From Porphyromonadaceae bacterium (GTDB lineage Bacteria > Bacteroidota > Bacteroidia > Bacteroidales > Paludibacteraceae): 64,000 nucleotides of DNA. This document shows positions 9,146 to 18,669 of this stretch, in pieces. The stretch is taken from assembly GCA_012523295.1 (NCBI GenBank), contig JAAYIT010000048.1:2300-66299 (forward strand), read 5' to 3'. A program made the translations under genes and the position numbers. Every line of letters begins with the position of its first letter. The first letter of the stretch is position 1. Below the pieces are notes generated by a model, which had not been told where the DNA came from, searched no databases, and worked only from the letters and a program-made list of their open reading frames with translations.

Positions 9146-10594
9146 TTACAAACTATCACCAAAATCCTCTTTAAACTTCGCCATTAGTTTCTGCGGCCAA
9201 TCATTCACCGGCTCCAAACCACCCATAAAGAAACGAAGCACAGGCGGTTCGTAATTGAACTTCAATCCGCCGATCAGATTCTTGTTTTCATGAAGCCACT
9301 TCAACCTGTCGGCTACAAACATGATTTGCGATAATGTAAAAACACGACGAGGAACAGCCAAACGGAGTAGTTCCATGTCGGCGTAGGTTTCATTGCCGTA
9401 CTCATCGCGCTGATTGGAGATAGAGCCCCGCTCCATACCGCGAATGCCCGATATCAAAAACAGAGCGGCAGCCAATGAGCCTGCCGGATATTCTGTCTGC
9501 GGTATATGTGAGCAGAAATCCATCGCGTTTACGTGAGCGCCAAGCACACCCGCAGGTTTTACCACCGAAATCCCCGCTTTGTCCAAGTCATCGACTAAAT
9601 ACTTGATAAAACTTGGGCTTTGACTGATGACTGTCTCATCCAATGTCTCATATAACCCGACTGCCATGCTTTCAATTTCACGAACAGAAATACCTCCGTA
9701 GGTCAAAAACCCTTCAAATAGCGGTACAAAAGCTTCCAATTCTTTGTAAATTTCTTCGCTGTCTGTACAAATCCCGCCACCACGAGATGAACTTAATTTT
9801 CGGGCAGAGAAATAGACCAAATCGGCCATCCCGGTCATTACTTTTATCACTTCGCCGATATTGCTGTCCTTAAATTCTTCTTCTCGCTCAAGAACCAAGT
9901 AAGCATTCTCACCCAATAAACTCGCATCCAATACCAATCGAATGCCATATTTATCAGCAAGAGATCGAACATCGCGCAGGTTCTGAACGGAGAATGGTTG
10001 TCCGCCAATCAAGTTGGTAGAGGCTTCCATCCGGATATAAGGAATATTTTTGGCGCCATTCAGCTTGATGATTTCCTCTAATTTCTCAATGTTCATATTT
10101 CCTTTGAACGGATGGGAGGAATTCATTACATAGGCTTCATCGTAAAGTAATTCGGCAATTTTACCGCCATTCTCGGTGATATGTGCCATGGCGGTAGTAA
10201 AATGGTAGTTCATTGGGATTAGATTCCCTTTGCGGATGTATGCTTTGGAGATAATATTCTCGGCAGCCCGTCCCTGGTGAACGGGGAGCAGGTATTTTTT
10301 ACCCAAAACGTCTTGTACGGCTTTGTGTAAGCGAACAAAACTTTGCGATCCGGCGTAGGCATCGTCTGCATGCATCATCGAAGCCAGTTGCTCATCGCTC
10401 ATAGCGTTGGTGCCGCTATCAGTAAGCATATCTAAGAAAACGTCTTTTGTGCTTAAGCGGAATGTGTTGAAACCACCCTCGTAAAGCGCTTCTAATCGAC
10501 GTTCGATCGGAACTAAATGTAATTTCTGTACAATTCGCGTTTTGTGAAGTTCTAGCGGGATATTCTCTCCGGAATAGAATTTAATTTCTTGCAT
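9146..10594 (-). CDS. Beta-eliminating lyase of the tryptophanase / tyrosine phenol-lyase family (PLP-dependent)
   Basis: 482 aa. Family-typical segments are DMLTDSGTNAMSDEQLASMMHADDAYAGSQSF, HQGRAAENI, NYHFTT, a PLP-lysine region (YFSARK) and IPRRVFT. Sequence alone cannot separate indole-forming from phenol-forming specificity. Confidence 0.8.
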   Translation of the reverse strand: MQEIKFYSGENIPLELHKTRIVQKLHLVPIERRLEALYEGGFNTFRLSTKDVFLDMLTDSGTNAMSDEQLASMMHADDAYAGSQSFVRLHKAVQDVLGKKYLLPVHQGRAAENIISKAYIRKGNLIPMNYHFTTAMAHITENGGKIAELLYDEAYVMNSSHPFKGNMNIEKLEEIIKLNGAKNIPYIRMEASTNLIGGQPFSVQNLRDVRSLADKYGIRLVLDASLLGENAYLVLEREEEFKDSNIGEVIKVMTGMADLVYFSARKLSSSRGGGICTDSEEIYKELEAFVPLFEGFLTYGGISVREIESMAVGLYETLDETVISQSPSFIKYLVDDLDKAGISVVKPAGVLGAHVNAMDFCSHIPQTEYPAGSLAAALFLISGIRGMERGSISNQRDEYGNETYADMELLRLAVPRRVFTLSQIMFVADRLKWLHENKNLIGGLKFNYEPPVLRFFMGGLEPVNDWPQKLMAKFKEDFGDSL

Positions 10595-10645
10595 GATAGG
10601 TTAATTAATAATTAATTAAGAGTGAAAAAAAAGCTGAGTTATGCT

Positions 10646-10681
10646 TGACAATATTGAATATAAAATGAATAAATATTGTCA
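10646..10681. promoter_or_regulatory. Candidate operator palindrome upstream of the tryptophanase-family gene
   Basis: TGACAATATT-N16-AATATTGTCA lies 52-87 nt upstream of the ATG at 10594. Confidence 0.3.
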
Positions 10682-10823
10682 TATTGTTGTATTATCTTGC
10701 AAAGGTACAATTATTTAGTTGTTTTTTTGAGAAAAATTGTGTGAAATTGAGAAATTAGGGAAGTTTTGGGTATAAAAACAAACAATATTCAAATGAGAGA
10801 GAGGTTGAATAAATATAAATCAC

Positions 10824-11056
10824 GCGAATCAAGAGTTCAATACTTAACAACAAAATATTGTATATAGCTGAAAATAAGGTAATAAGGTGATTCAGCTCAG
10901 ACAATAAATGTTATTAAGGTTAATTTTTAGTCAGCTAAATGAGGCTTTTCTTGTCTAAAGCACATCTTTTATTGATTATTTCACAGAAAACTGTATTTCA
11001 GTATTTCTCTATAAGCTTAATAGCATTTTCGATTTTTTTATCAATCCTTGATTCGC
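10824..11056 (+). repeat. Family C palindromic MITE-like element
   Basis: Aligns along its length with the reverse complement of 30044..30308. Termini are GCGAATCAAGAG ... CCTTGATTCGC. Confidence 0.8.
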
Positions 11057-11088
11057 ATTAATCACAATTTTGTTTAGAGCCTAATTAA

Positions 11089-13545
11089 TCACAACGGATC
11101 TACATCCAAGCTTATTCTAACCGATTTATATCCTGCGGTGGTTAGAATATTATTCGAAATAGTTTGAATAATATTTTTTGCCTGATCGGGTGAGGCGTTA
11201 AGTTCTAATTTTAATAGAATGTTTTTAATGTACAAGTTTTGAATCCTCGAAACCATAGGAATATTGGGTCCGAGTACCCGCTCACCAAAGACTTTAAACA
11301 TGTTTTTTGCCATTTCAGCAGCCGCTTTGTCAAGCACTTTGAAATCTCTGTGTCGCAATGTGATTTTAATTAACCGATAGTACGGAGGATATCTAAACTG
11401 TTTTCTCTCATCGCGTTGCATGTTGTACATAGCCGTGTAATCGTTGTTCAAAACCTGCTCTATGATGGGGTGTTTTGGATTTGAAGTTTGTAAAATTACA
11501 GTGCCGCGCTTGTTTTTTCTTCCGGCACGACCGCTTACTTGCGCCATAAGATGAAATGCTCGCTCGTGTGCCCGAAAATCAGGAAAATGAAGCATGTTGT
11601 CCGCATTTAGAATCCCCACAAGACTTACTCGTTCAAAATCAAGTCCTTTTGTAACCATTTGAGTACCAATGAGAATGTCAATATCTCCCGATTCAAAGTC
11701 GCCAATGATTTTCTCGTATGATTTTTTACTTCGTGTTGTGTCTAAATCCATTCGTATAGCGCGTGCTTGTGGGAAAAACTCCACCACTTCCTGTTCTATT
11801 TGCTCTGTCCCAAAACCACGATTTACAAGATTCGGTGTGTTACAGGCCGGACATATTTCCGGAATTTTATCTGTATAACCACAATAATGACATGTCAGTT
11901 TGTTTAGATATTTGTGCACTGTCAAACTCACATCGCAGTTCACACATTTAGGAACATAAGCGCAACTTGTGCATTCCAAATAGGGAGCATACCCCCGTCG
12001 ATTTTGAAATAAAATAATTTGCTCGTGATTGGACAGTGCTTTTTCGATCTTTTCTTTCAGAATCGGAGTGAAATGTCCTTCCATTTGCTTTCGTTTATAC
12101 GCGTCTTTTGTGTCGGCGACAATGATTTCCGGCAACTCCATTTCTCGGAATCGGGTAGTCAATTCGACTAATCCGTATTTCCCTGTTTTTGCGTTGTAAT
12201 AGCTTTCAATGGCCGGAGTGGCTGTGCCGAGAAGTGTTTTCGCGCCATGCATGGACGCGAGTACTATCCCGGCGTTTCGAGCATGATAACGCGGAGACGG
12301 ATCAAACTGCTTGTAACTCGATTCGTGTTCTTCGTCTATGATTATGAGTCCTAATTGCCTGAAAGGTAGGAAGATAGATGAACGAACCCCGATAATCACC
12401 TCATATCCTTTGTTGTTCAGCAAGTTATCCCAAATTTCAACTCGCTCTGCATCTGAGAATTTTGAGTGGTAAATTCCTAATTTGTTCCCAAAAATTCGCT
12501 TCAAGCGGGAAGTTAACTGTGTGGTCAATGCAATTTCGGGCACTAAGTAAAGCACTTGTTTTTTGTCTTCTAATGCTTGTCGTATCAAGTGAACATATAT
12601 TTCAGTTTTTCCGCTTGAAGTGATTCCGTGAAGCAGTACAACCTGATTTTGTAAGAATTGACTTTTGATTTCATTCAGCCCTTTTTGTTGGAAGTCAGCC
12701 AAAGGATAAGGTTTTTCGGTCCTCAGTTCCGATAAATCCAAGCGTCCTACCTCTTTTTTGTAAAACTCTAAAACTCCTTTGTCAACTAAGCCTTTGAGAA
12801 CAGAATCAGTAGCGCCTGATTTTTCGAGCAACTCCTTTTTTGAGATCTCTATTGTCGTATTTCTCGATAGAATTTTCGAATAATCAAGGTATTTCATCAA
12901 CAATTCGAGCTGTTTTTTTGCGCGATTCATCGCTGCGAAAATTTCTTTTAACCGCTCTTCTGACGCGGCATTTTCAGTCAGCCTGACGAAAGTTTCTACT
13001 TTTGGTCGGTATTTCTCTGTCAGCTCTTCACTGATTTCAACTATCCCTTTTTCGAGTAGAATTTTCAAAATAGGCATAGTATTTCGCTGATCGACAATTT
13101 GATTTAACTCCTGTACTCGCTTTATTTTACCATCTGCCAGCGTATCGACTATTGAATATTCTTTTTCGCTCAATACTAATTCTTTATCAAAATCAGGATT
13201 TAGCCGCACCTGTGTTTCGCTCTCAATCTTGAGTCCCGATGGAACTGCCGCCTTAAAAACATCCCCAATATACGCTTGATAGTACGTACTTATCCATTCC
13301 CAAAACTTCAATTGCGGGAAACGAAGAATCGGCTTCTCATCCAAAAGATAAATTATTTCTTTCGCTTTGTAGTGCTTGGGCGGGTTGGAGTGAATCAGGC
13401 AGATAATTCCCGTGTACATCTTCTTTTTCCCAAAAGGAACAATCACACGCATCCCAATCTGGACAAGATTGCTCCATTCATCGGGAACTCCGTAAGTGAA
13501 CGTATTTCCAAGTGGCAAAGGCAATATGACATCAACAAATTTCAT
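11089..13545 (-). CDS. priA: Primosomal replication protein N-prime (PriA helicase)
   Basis: 818 aa with a Walker A (GITSSGKTE), a DEEH box (IIIDEEHESSYKQ) and a Cys-rich zinc-binding insert (CTSCAYVPKCVNCDVSLTVHKYLNKLTCHYCGY...CPAC). Confidence 0.92.
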   Translation of the reverse strand: MKFVDVILPLPLGNTFTYGVPDEWSNLVQIGMRVIVPFGKKKMYTGIICLIHSNPPKHYKAKEIIYLLDEKPILRFPQLKFWEWISTYYQAYIGDVFKAAVPSGLKIESETQVRLNPDFDKELVLSEKEYSIVDTLADGKIKRVQELNQIVDQRNTMPILKILLEKGIVEISEELTEKYRPKVETFVRLTENAASEERLKEIFAAMNRAKKQLELLMKYLDYSKILSRNTTIEISKKELLEKSGATDSVLKGLVDKGVLEFYKKEVGRLDLSELRTEKPYPLADFQQKGLNEIKSQFLQNQVVLLHGITSSGKTEIYVHLIRQALEDKKQVLYLVPEIALTTQLTSRLKRIFGNKLGIYHSKFSDAERVEIWDNLLNNKGYEVIIGVRSSIFLPFRQLGLIIIDEEHESSYKQFDPSPRYHARNAGIVLASMHGAKTLLGTATPAIESYYNAKTGKYGLVELTTRFREMELPEIIVADTKDAYKRKQMEGHFTPILKEKIEKALSNHEQIILFQNRRGYAPYLECTSCAYVPKCVNCDVSLTVHKYLNKLTCHYCGYTDKIPEICPACNTPNLVNRGFGTEQIEQEVVEFFPQARAIRMDLDTTRSKKSYEKIIGDFESGDIDILIGTQMVTKGLDFERVSLVGILNADNMLHFPDFRAHERAFHLMAQVSGRAGRKNKRGTVILQTSNPKHPIIEQVLNNDYTAMYNMQRDERKQFRYPPYYRLIKITLRHRDFKVLDKAAAEMAKNMFKVFGERVLGPNIPMVSRIQNLYIKNILLKLELNASPDQAKNIIQTISNNILTTAGYKSVRISLDVDPL

Positions 13546-14132
13546 TTTTTCAGTGGATTGGCAGGACAGCTGATTAAATGATCGTTTACCATGCCTGCTG
13601 CTTGCATAAAAGCATAACAGATGGTTGAACCAACAAACTTGAATCCTCTTTTCTGAAGCTCTTTGCTCATTGCATCGGATTCAGGAGACGTAGTAGGGAT
13701 TTCTGAACTACTTTTGAAGTTGTTTTGAATAGTTTTGTAGTTTGTGAATTGCCAAATGAACCGATCAAAACTGCCATAATCTTCACATATTTTTATGAAA
13801 GCTTGGGCATTTGTTATCGCCGAACGGATTTTAGCTTGATTTCGAATAATACCGCTGTCTTGCATCAATTCCTCAATTTTATTCTCATCATAATGAGCCA
13901 TCTTGTCTGCTTCGAAATTATCAAATGCTTTCCTGAAATTTTCTCTTTTGTGCAGAATTGTTCTCCAGCTTAAACCAGCTTGAAACGCATCAAGAACAAT
14001 GAATTCAAACAATTTCCTATCATCGTGTATCGGCACACCCCATTCATTGTCATGGTATTCTTTCATCAGCGAATCATTAGCATGCCATGAACATTCCAAA
14101 ATTTCATCTGTTTTGTTTGAGTTATCGGTCAT
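13542..14132 (-). CDS. tag: DNA-3-methyladenine glycosylase I
   Basis: Contains YHDNEWGVP and LDAFQAGLSW motifs. The start is trimmed to the ATG at 14132 (MTDNSNK...) because the upstream extension of the ORF has no family match. The stop overlaps the priA start by 4 nt. Confidence 0.85.
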   Translation of the reverse strand: MTDNSNKTDEILECSWHANDSLMKEYHDNEWGVPIHDDRKLFEFIVLDAFQAGLSWRTILHKRENFRKAFDNFEADKMAHYDENKIEELMQDSGIIRNQAKIRSAITNAQAFIKICEDYGSFDRFIWQFTNYKTIQNNFKSSSEIPTTSPESDAMSKELQKRGFKFVGSTICYAFMQAAGMVNDHLISCPANPLKK

Positions 14133-14257
14133 TAAATTGTAAATTTGAAAGACAAATATACAAATTTGAATTGGGAAAACGGGCGGATATAGTACCATTT
14201 TTTCCACACAATGAAAATGATATGCGCAATTTTCCAAATAAAACCTCACTTTAAATT

Positions 14258-14794
14258 ATGAATCCAATAGAAATTATAGAGAAATATTACGATAAAAAGA
14301 GTGAGCTTTACGAAATTCTCATAAAGCACAGTTCGCAAGTCAGGGATAAAGCGTTAGAAGTCGTTCAGAAACATAGCGAATTAGGAGCTGACAGTCAGTT
14401 TGTCGCGGAAGCCGCCATGCTTCATGATATTGGGATAATTTTTACAAACGCGCCTAAGATTTATTGTTTCGGAAAGCATAACTACATTGAGCACGGATAC
14501 TTAGGAAGTGAATTGCTTCAGCAAGAAGGGTTTTTAAAACATGCGTTGGTTTGTGAAAGGCACACAGGGGTAGGGTTGAGCTTGGATTGGATTGTCCGGA
14601 ATAAATTACCCGTGCCGCACAGAGATATGGTGCCGATATCTATTGAAGAACAAATAATCTGCTACGCCGATAAATTTTTCTCAAAAACGAATTTAAATGT
14701 GTGTTTGCCAATAGAGGTGATTGTTAAAAAATTAGAAAAGCATGAAAAGTCGAATAGTTCATTATTTTTAGAATGGCACAATCGTTTCCGATAA
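14258..14794 (+). CDS. HD-domain phosphohydrolase
   Basis: 178 aa with an HD motif (AAMLHDIG) and a second His cluster (CERHTGVG). Confidence 0.7.
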   Translation: MNPIEIIEKYYDKKSELYEILIKHSSQVRDKALEVVQKHSELGADSQFVAEAAMLHDIGIIFTNAPKIYCFGKHNYIEHGYLGSELLQQEGFLKHALVCERHTGVGLSLDWIVRNKLPVPHRDMVPISIEEQIICYADKFFSKTNLNVCLPIEVIVKKLEKHEKSNSSLFLEWHNRFR

Positions 14795-14897
14795 TTATTT
14801 AGCTGAAACAGAGCAACTTCAACTGCTAATAATATTTAAATTTAATTAATATTTAACGTTTGAAGCCAAAAAACATGTTTTATAACATATTTTTGTT

Positions 14898-14905
14898 TAA
14901 TTTTG
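14898..14905 (+). promoter_or_regulatory. Candidate Bacteroidota -7 promoter box (TAnnTTTG)
   Basis: TAATTTTG lies 43 nt upstream of the ATG at 14949. Confidence 0.3.
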
Positions 14906-14948
14906 TGGCGTATAAAACTTGAACAATTAATTTAAAAATCATAAAAAA

Positions 14949-15146
14949 ATGTTTACAGAAAAAATTGGAAACAATGCAGGTTTAATTTGGAACGCATTGT
15001 CAGACGGAGAATTAGAAGTAAAAGCTGTTAAAAAGGCGACAAAACTAACCGAAAAAGATCTTAATCTTGCATTAGGTTGGTTGGCTCGTGAAGGAAAAAT
15101 TTCTTTCAGACAAGTAGAAAAAGATTTATTTGTAGCTTTGGCATAA
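14949..15146 (+). CDS. Small winged-helix protein (DUF2582-like)
   Basis: 65 aa. The pattern IGNNAGLIWNAL...LNLALGWLAREGKI is typical of small wHTH proteins, and the gene has its own terminator. Confidence 0.55.
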   Translation: MFTEKIGNNAGLIWNALSDGELEVKAVKKATKLTEKDLNLALGWLAREGKISFRQVEKDLFVALA

Positions 15147-15170
15147 CAAATTTCAAGAAAGTATTATAAA

Positions 15171-15200
15171 AAAGCGATGAATTTTTCATCGCTTTTTTTG
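15171..15200 (+). terminator. Rho-independent terminator
   Basis: Stem AGCGATGA / TCATCGCT followed by TTTTTTT. Confidence 0.75.
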
Positions 15201-15323
15201 TTAAATAGGGTCAGCTGAAAAAGGGAACTTACCCCATCACAATTGATCTGTTGCTTTGAAGGCTGCCCTATCACGGAGCGAAGACTAACATTCGCGTCAT
15301 TTTACCTAAAATCGGACATTCCA

Positions 15324-15776
15324 TCAGCAAACGGGGATTTTATCTATTCTTCTCTGATGCCTCCCGCCTTCAAAATCAGTTGAAAAAAATACATCAATCA
15401 TTCTGAGAGCTTGTTCGATCGAAATAAATCGACCGGGAAGTGAAAGGATATTCGCATCATTGTGAAGTCGGACTAATTCGGCGATTTCTTCACTCCAGCA
15501 GAGTCCCGCACGAATTCCCTGATGCTTGTTCAAGACCATGCTGATACCATTTCCGGTTCCACATATGGAAATCCCGAAATCAAATTCACCATTCTCAATC
15601 GCCAAAGCCATCGGATGCGCGTAATCGGGATAATCGACACTTTCCGGTGAATGACTTCCAAAATCTTTCAACGCGAGCGGTGATTTAGATTTTAAGTATT
15701 CTACTATCGCGGTTTTCATTTCATATCCCGCGTGATCATTAGCAATGGCAATTCTTAGTTCGTTGATAGGTTTCAT
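15324..15776 (-). CDS. rpiB: Ribose-5-phosphate isomerase B
   Basis: Contains IAIANDHAGYEMK, ICGTGNGISMVLNKHQGIRA and GGRHQRR. The start is trimmed to the ATG at 15776, because the longer ORF reads into repeat B-prime. Confidence 0.85.
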   Translation of the reverse strand: MKPINELRIAIANDHAGYEMKTAIVEYLKSKSPLALKDFGSHSPESVDYPDYAHPMALAIENGEFDFGISICGTGNGISMVLNKHQGIRAGLCWSEEIAELVRLHNDANILSLPGRFISIEQALRMIDVFFSTDFEGGRHQRRIDKIPVC

Positions 15777-15800
15777 AGGATTATAATTTATTTTTAGATT

Positions 15801-15930
15801 GGGACAAACCGCTTCAAGTCGGTTTGTCCCGTTGTCTAACGACGTAAATATGCAACAATCCCGAATATCGGGATGGTTGCGGTGCAACAATTCAAAATTG
15901 CAACATATAGGAATGATTGCGGATAATCAT
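15801..15930 (+). repeat. Family B-prime double-hairpin repeat, copy 2, in the rpiB upstream region
   Basis: Contains GGGACAAACCGCTTCAAGTCGGTTTGTCCC, then CAACAATCCCGAATATCGGGATGGTTGCGG, and ends GATTGCGGATAATCA. Near-identical to 8572..8700. Confidence 0.8.
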
Positions 15931-15983
15931 ACAATCTCTAATATAATTAATGCCGCTTCCATTGGGAACAGAGATAATTTATT

Positions 15984-17135
15984 TTATGAAAAATTCTCCA
16001 CATCATCTTTGGTGATTTTCTGACCCCCTAAGATGATTAAACGTTCTACTACGTTTCTGAGTTCACGGATATTTCCGGGCCAGGTTCGCTCTTGGAGTGC
16101 TTTTATTGCTTTTGTGTCAAAAGTCTTCAATTGAATGCCCTGTTCAAGACAAATTTGCTCGGTAAAATGATCCATCAAGAGAGGAATGTCTTCTTTTCGT
16201 TCGTCGAGAGTAGGGACGTGGATGGGAATTACATTCAACCGGTGAAATAAGTCTTCACGGAAGTTTCCTTTTTCAATTTCTTCTTTCAGATTTTTATTCG
16301 TAGCCGCAAAAACCCGTACATTCACTTTGATAATTTTGTCGCTCCCAACGCGAGAAACCTCGTTTTCTTGCAAAGCACGAAGCACTTTTGTCTGTGCCGA
16401 AAGACTCATATCTCCAATTTCGTCTAAGAAAATTGTTCCTGTATCGGCTTGTTCAAATTTTCCGATTCGCTGCTTATGAGCAGAAGTAAACGAACCTTTT
16501 TCGTGCCCAAAGAGTTCGCTTTCAATTAATTCCGAAGGAATAGCTGCACAGTTAACCTCCACAAATGGTGCTTGCGAACGATTGCTGTTTTCATAAAGAA
16601 GTCGAGCCACGACCTCTTTTCCGGTTCCGTTGGCGCCGGTTATCAACACGCGAGCATCGGTTGGAGCTACTTTTTCAATCATCTCACGCACCTTTTCAAT
16701 GGCAGCCGATTTTCCGATCATCTGGTTTTTTGAAGCAACTTTCTTTTTTAGCGTTTTTGTTTCTGTCACTAACGTATTTTTGTCTAAAGCATTTCGAACA
16801 GTTACAAGCATCCGGTTCAAGTCAATCGGTTTTTCGATAAAGTCAAACGCGCCTTTTTTAATACACTCCACAGCTGTGCCGATATTACCATGTCCTGAAA
16901 TCATAACTATAGGAGCTTCTACGTCGCTTTCCTGGAGTTTTTCGAGGAATTCCATCCCATCCATTTCAGGCATTTTAATATCTGAAAAAATAAGGTCAAA
17001 CTCTTCGTTCAGAGCTGTATCCAAGCCCACACGACCATTTTCTGCCACCACTACTTTATGTTTTTCAAACTCCAAAATATCTTTCATCGTATTTCGGATA
17101 CTTCGTTCATCGTCTATAACTAATATTTTTGCCAT
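15984..17135 (-). CDS. Sigma-54-dependent response regulator (REC + AAA+), with no C-terminal HTH visible
   Basis: 383 aa. It has a receiver domain (ILVIDDE, phospho-acceptor context DLIFSDIKMPEMDG), a Walker A (GANGTGKE), a GAFTGA-variant loop (ESELFGHEKGSFTSA) and DEIGDM. The protein ends about 25 aa after the AAA+ lid. Confidence 0.85.
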   Translation of the reverse strand: MAKILVIDDERSIRNTMKDILEFEKHKVVVAENGRVGLDTALNEEFDLIFSDIKMPEMDGMEFLEKLQESDVEAPIVMISGHGNIGTAVECIKKGAFDFIEKPIDLNRMLVTVRNALDKNTLVTETKTLKKKVASKNQMIGKSAAIEKVREMIEKVAPTDARVLITGANGTGKEVVARLLYENSNRSQAPFVEVNCAAIPSELIESELFGHEKGSFTSAHKQRIGKFEQADTGTIFLDEIGDMSLSAQTKVLRALQENEVSRVGSDKIIKVNVRVFAATNKNLKEEIEKGNFREDLFHRLNVIPIHVPTLDERKEDIPLLMDHFTEQICLEQGIQLKTFDTKAIKALQERTWPGNIRELRNVVERLIILGGQKITKDDVENFS

Positions 17136-17281
17136 AATAAAAATGTCATTTTATTTTTCGAATATTGCTACGTAGTAAGCAAACATATAATAACCAACCA
17201 TTTAATTTTACGTTATGCGGGAAAAGCAAAATAGCGACACTTCCTTATTTTACTTTTTATTAAAAATATACGTAATTCGTA

Positions 17282-18601
17282 CTAAAGATCAAACCCGATA
17301 TCTTTCCTGAAATACCTTCCTTCAAACTGAATCCGTTCCGCGTTTTTATAAGAAACAGCCAAGGCTTCCTCTTTGTTCCTTCCAAAGCTGCTTACCGCGA
17401 TTACCCGTCCGCCGTTGGTCACTGTTTCTCCGTTTCTCTCTTTTGTGCCTGCATGAAAAACGATACTCTCGCTTACATTTTCTAATCCTGTTATAATTTT
17501 CCCTTTCTCATAATCTTCGGGATAGCCACCGGACACAAGCATAACAGTTGTAGCGAAACGGTCATCGAATTCCACAAGTTTTTCATTCAGATTTCCATCA
17601 GCTACTCCTTCAAGCAACTCCACCAAGTCTGATTTCAGACGGAGCATAACTACCTCTGTCTCCGGATCTCCCATTCTGGCGTTGTATTCTATTAAATAAG
17701 GCTCTCCATCAACTTTTATCAGGCCGAAAAAGATAAATCCTTTATATGTTATGCCTTCTTGTTGAAGTCCATCGATTGTAGGCTTGATAATCCGTTCTTC
17801 TACTTTTTGCATAAAGACCTCATCTGCAAAATTGACCGGCGAAACTGCTCCCATTCCTCCTGTGTTCAGCCCCGTGTCACCTTCACCAATCCGCTTGTAA
17901 TCTTTTGCTTCGGGTAATATTTTGTAGTTTTTTCCATCCGTAATTACAAAAACCGAGCATTCAATTCCCGTTAAAAACTCTTCAATCAAGACTGTATCAC
18001 CGGCTTTTCCAAATTTCCCGCCAAGCATGCTTTCTAATTCGCTCAAAGCTTGATTCAAATTATCAAGAATCAAAACCCCTTTTCCCGCGGCTAATCCGTC
18101 AGCTTTCAGCACGTAAGGCGGTTTCAAGCTTTTCAGAAAATCAGCTCCTTTGTCCATGTTCTCTTTTGAAACGCTTAAATACCTTGCGGTCGGGATGCGG
18201 TATTTTACCATAAATTTTTTGGAGAAATCTTTGCTTCCTTCCAACTGCGCGGCAATTTTATTAGGTCCCACTACAGGAATATGTTTCAGCGCATCATCAT
18301 GCTCGAAGAAGTCAACAATTCCTTTCACAAGCGGATCTTCCGGTCCTACTACCACCATGTCAATCACATTTTCCAAAGCTGCTTTTTTTACAGCTTCAAA
18401 ATCAGACACATTGATATCCAAATTTGTTCCCACAGCCGAAGTACCGGCATTTCCGGGAGCTATAAAAAGTTTCACTTTTTTCGGACTTTGGGCTATTTTC
18501 CACGCCAATGCGTGCTCACGACCTCCCGATCCGATAAGTAAGATAGAAATTCCCCTGTCCCCTGAAGAGGGAGTATTTTGAGTATTATTCATCATTTTCA
18601 A
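17282..18601 (-). CDS. purD: Phosphoribosylamine-glycine ligase
   Basis: 439 aa with [12 protein letters not shown], an ATP-grasp core ([13 protein letters not shown]), [10 protein letters not shown] and VTNGGRV. Confidence 0.92.
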   Translation of the reverse strand: MKMMNNTQNTPSSGDRGISILLIGSGGREHALAWKIAQSPKKVKLFIAPGNAGTSAVGTNLDINVSDFEAVKKAALENVIDMVVVGPEDPLVKGIVDFFEHDDALKHIPVVGPNKIAAQLEGSKDFSKKFMVKYRIPTARYLSVSKENMDKGADFLKSLKPPYVLKADGLAAGKGVLILDNLNQALSELESMLGGKFGKAGDTVLIEEFLTGIECSVFVITDGKNYKILPEAKDYKRIGEGDTGLNTGGMGAVSPVNFADEVFMQKVEERIIKPTIDGLQQEGITYKGFIFFGLIKVDGEPYLIEYNARMGDPETEVVMLRLKSDLVELLEGVADGNLNEKLVEFDDRFATTVMLVSGGYPEDYEKGKIITGLENVSESIVFHAGTKERNGETVTNGGRVIAVSSFGRNKEEALAVSYKNAERIQFEGRYFRKDIGFDL

Positions 18602-18669
18602 AAAAAATAATTGCTATAAAATTCGCATATAAGACAGTTTCAAGCCTTTTTGGAAAGAGCTCAAAACTT

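Noticed and set aside
14133-14249. N-terminal extensions of tag (to 14249), rpiB (to 15890) and the second RhuM-like copy (from 62350)
   Set aside because: The extensions have no counterpart in the protein families and read through promoter or repeat sequence. Internal ATGs at 14132, 15776 and 62449 give family-typical N-termini.
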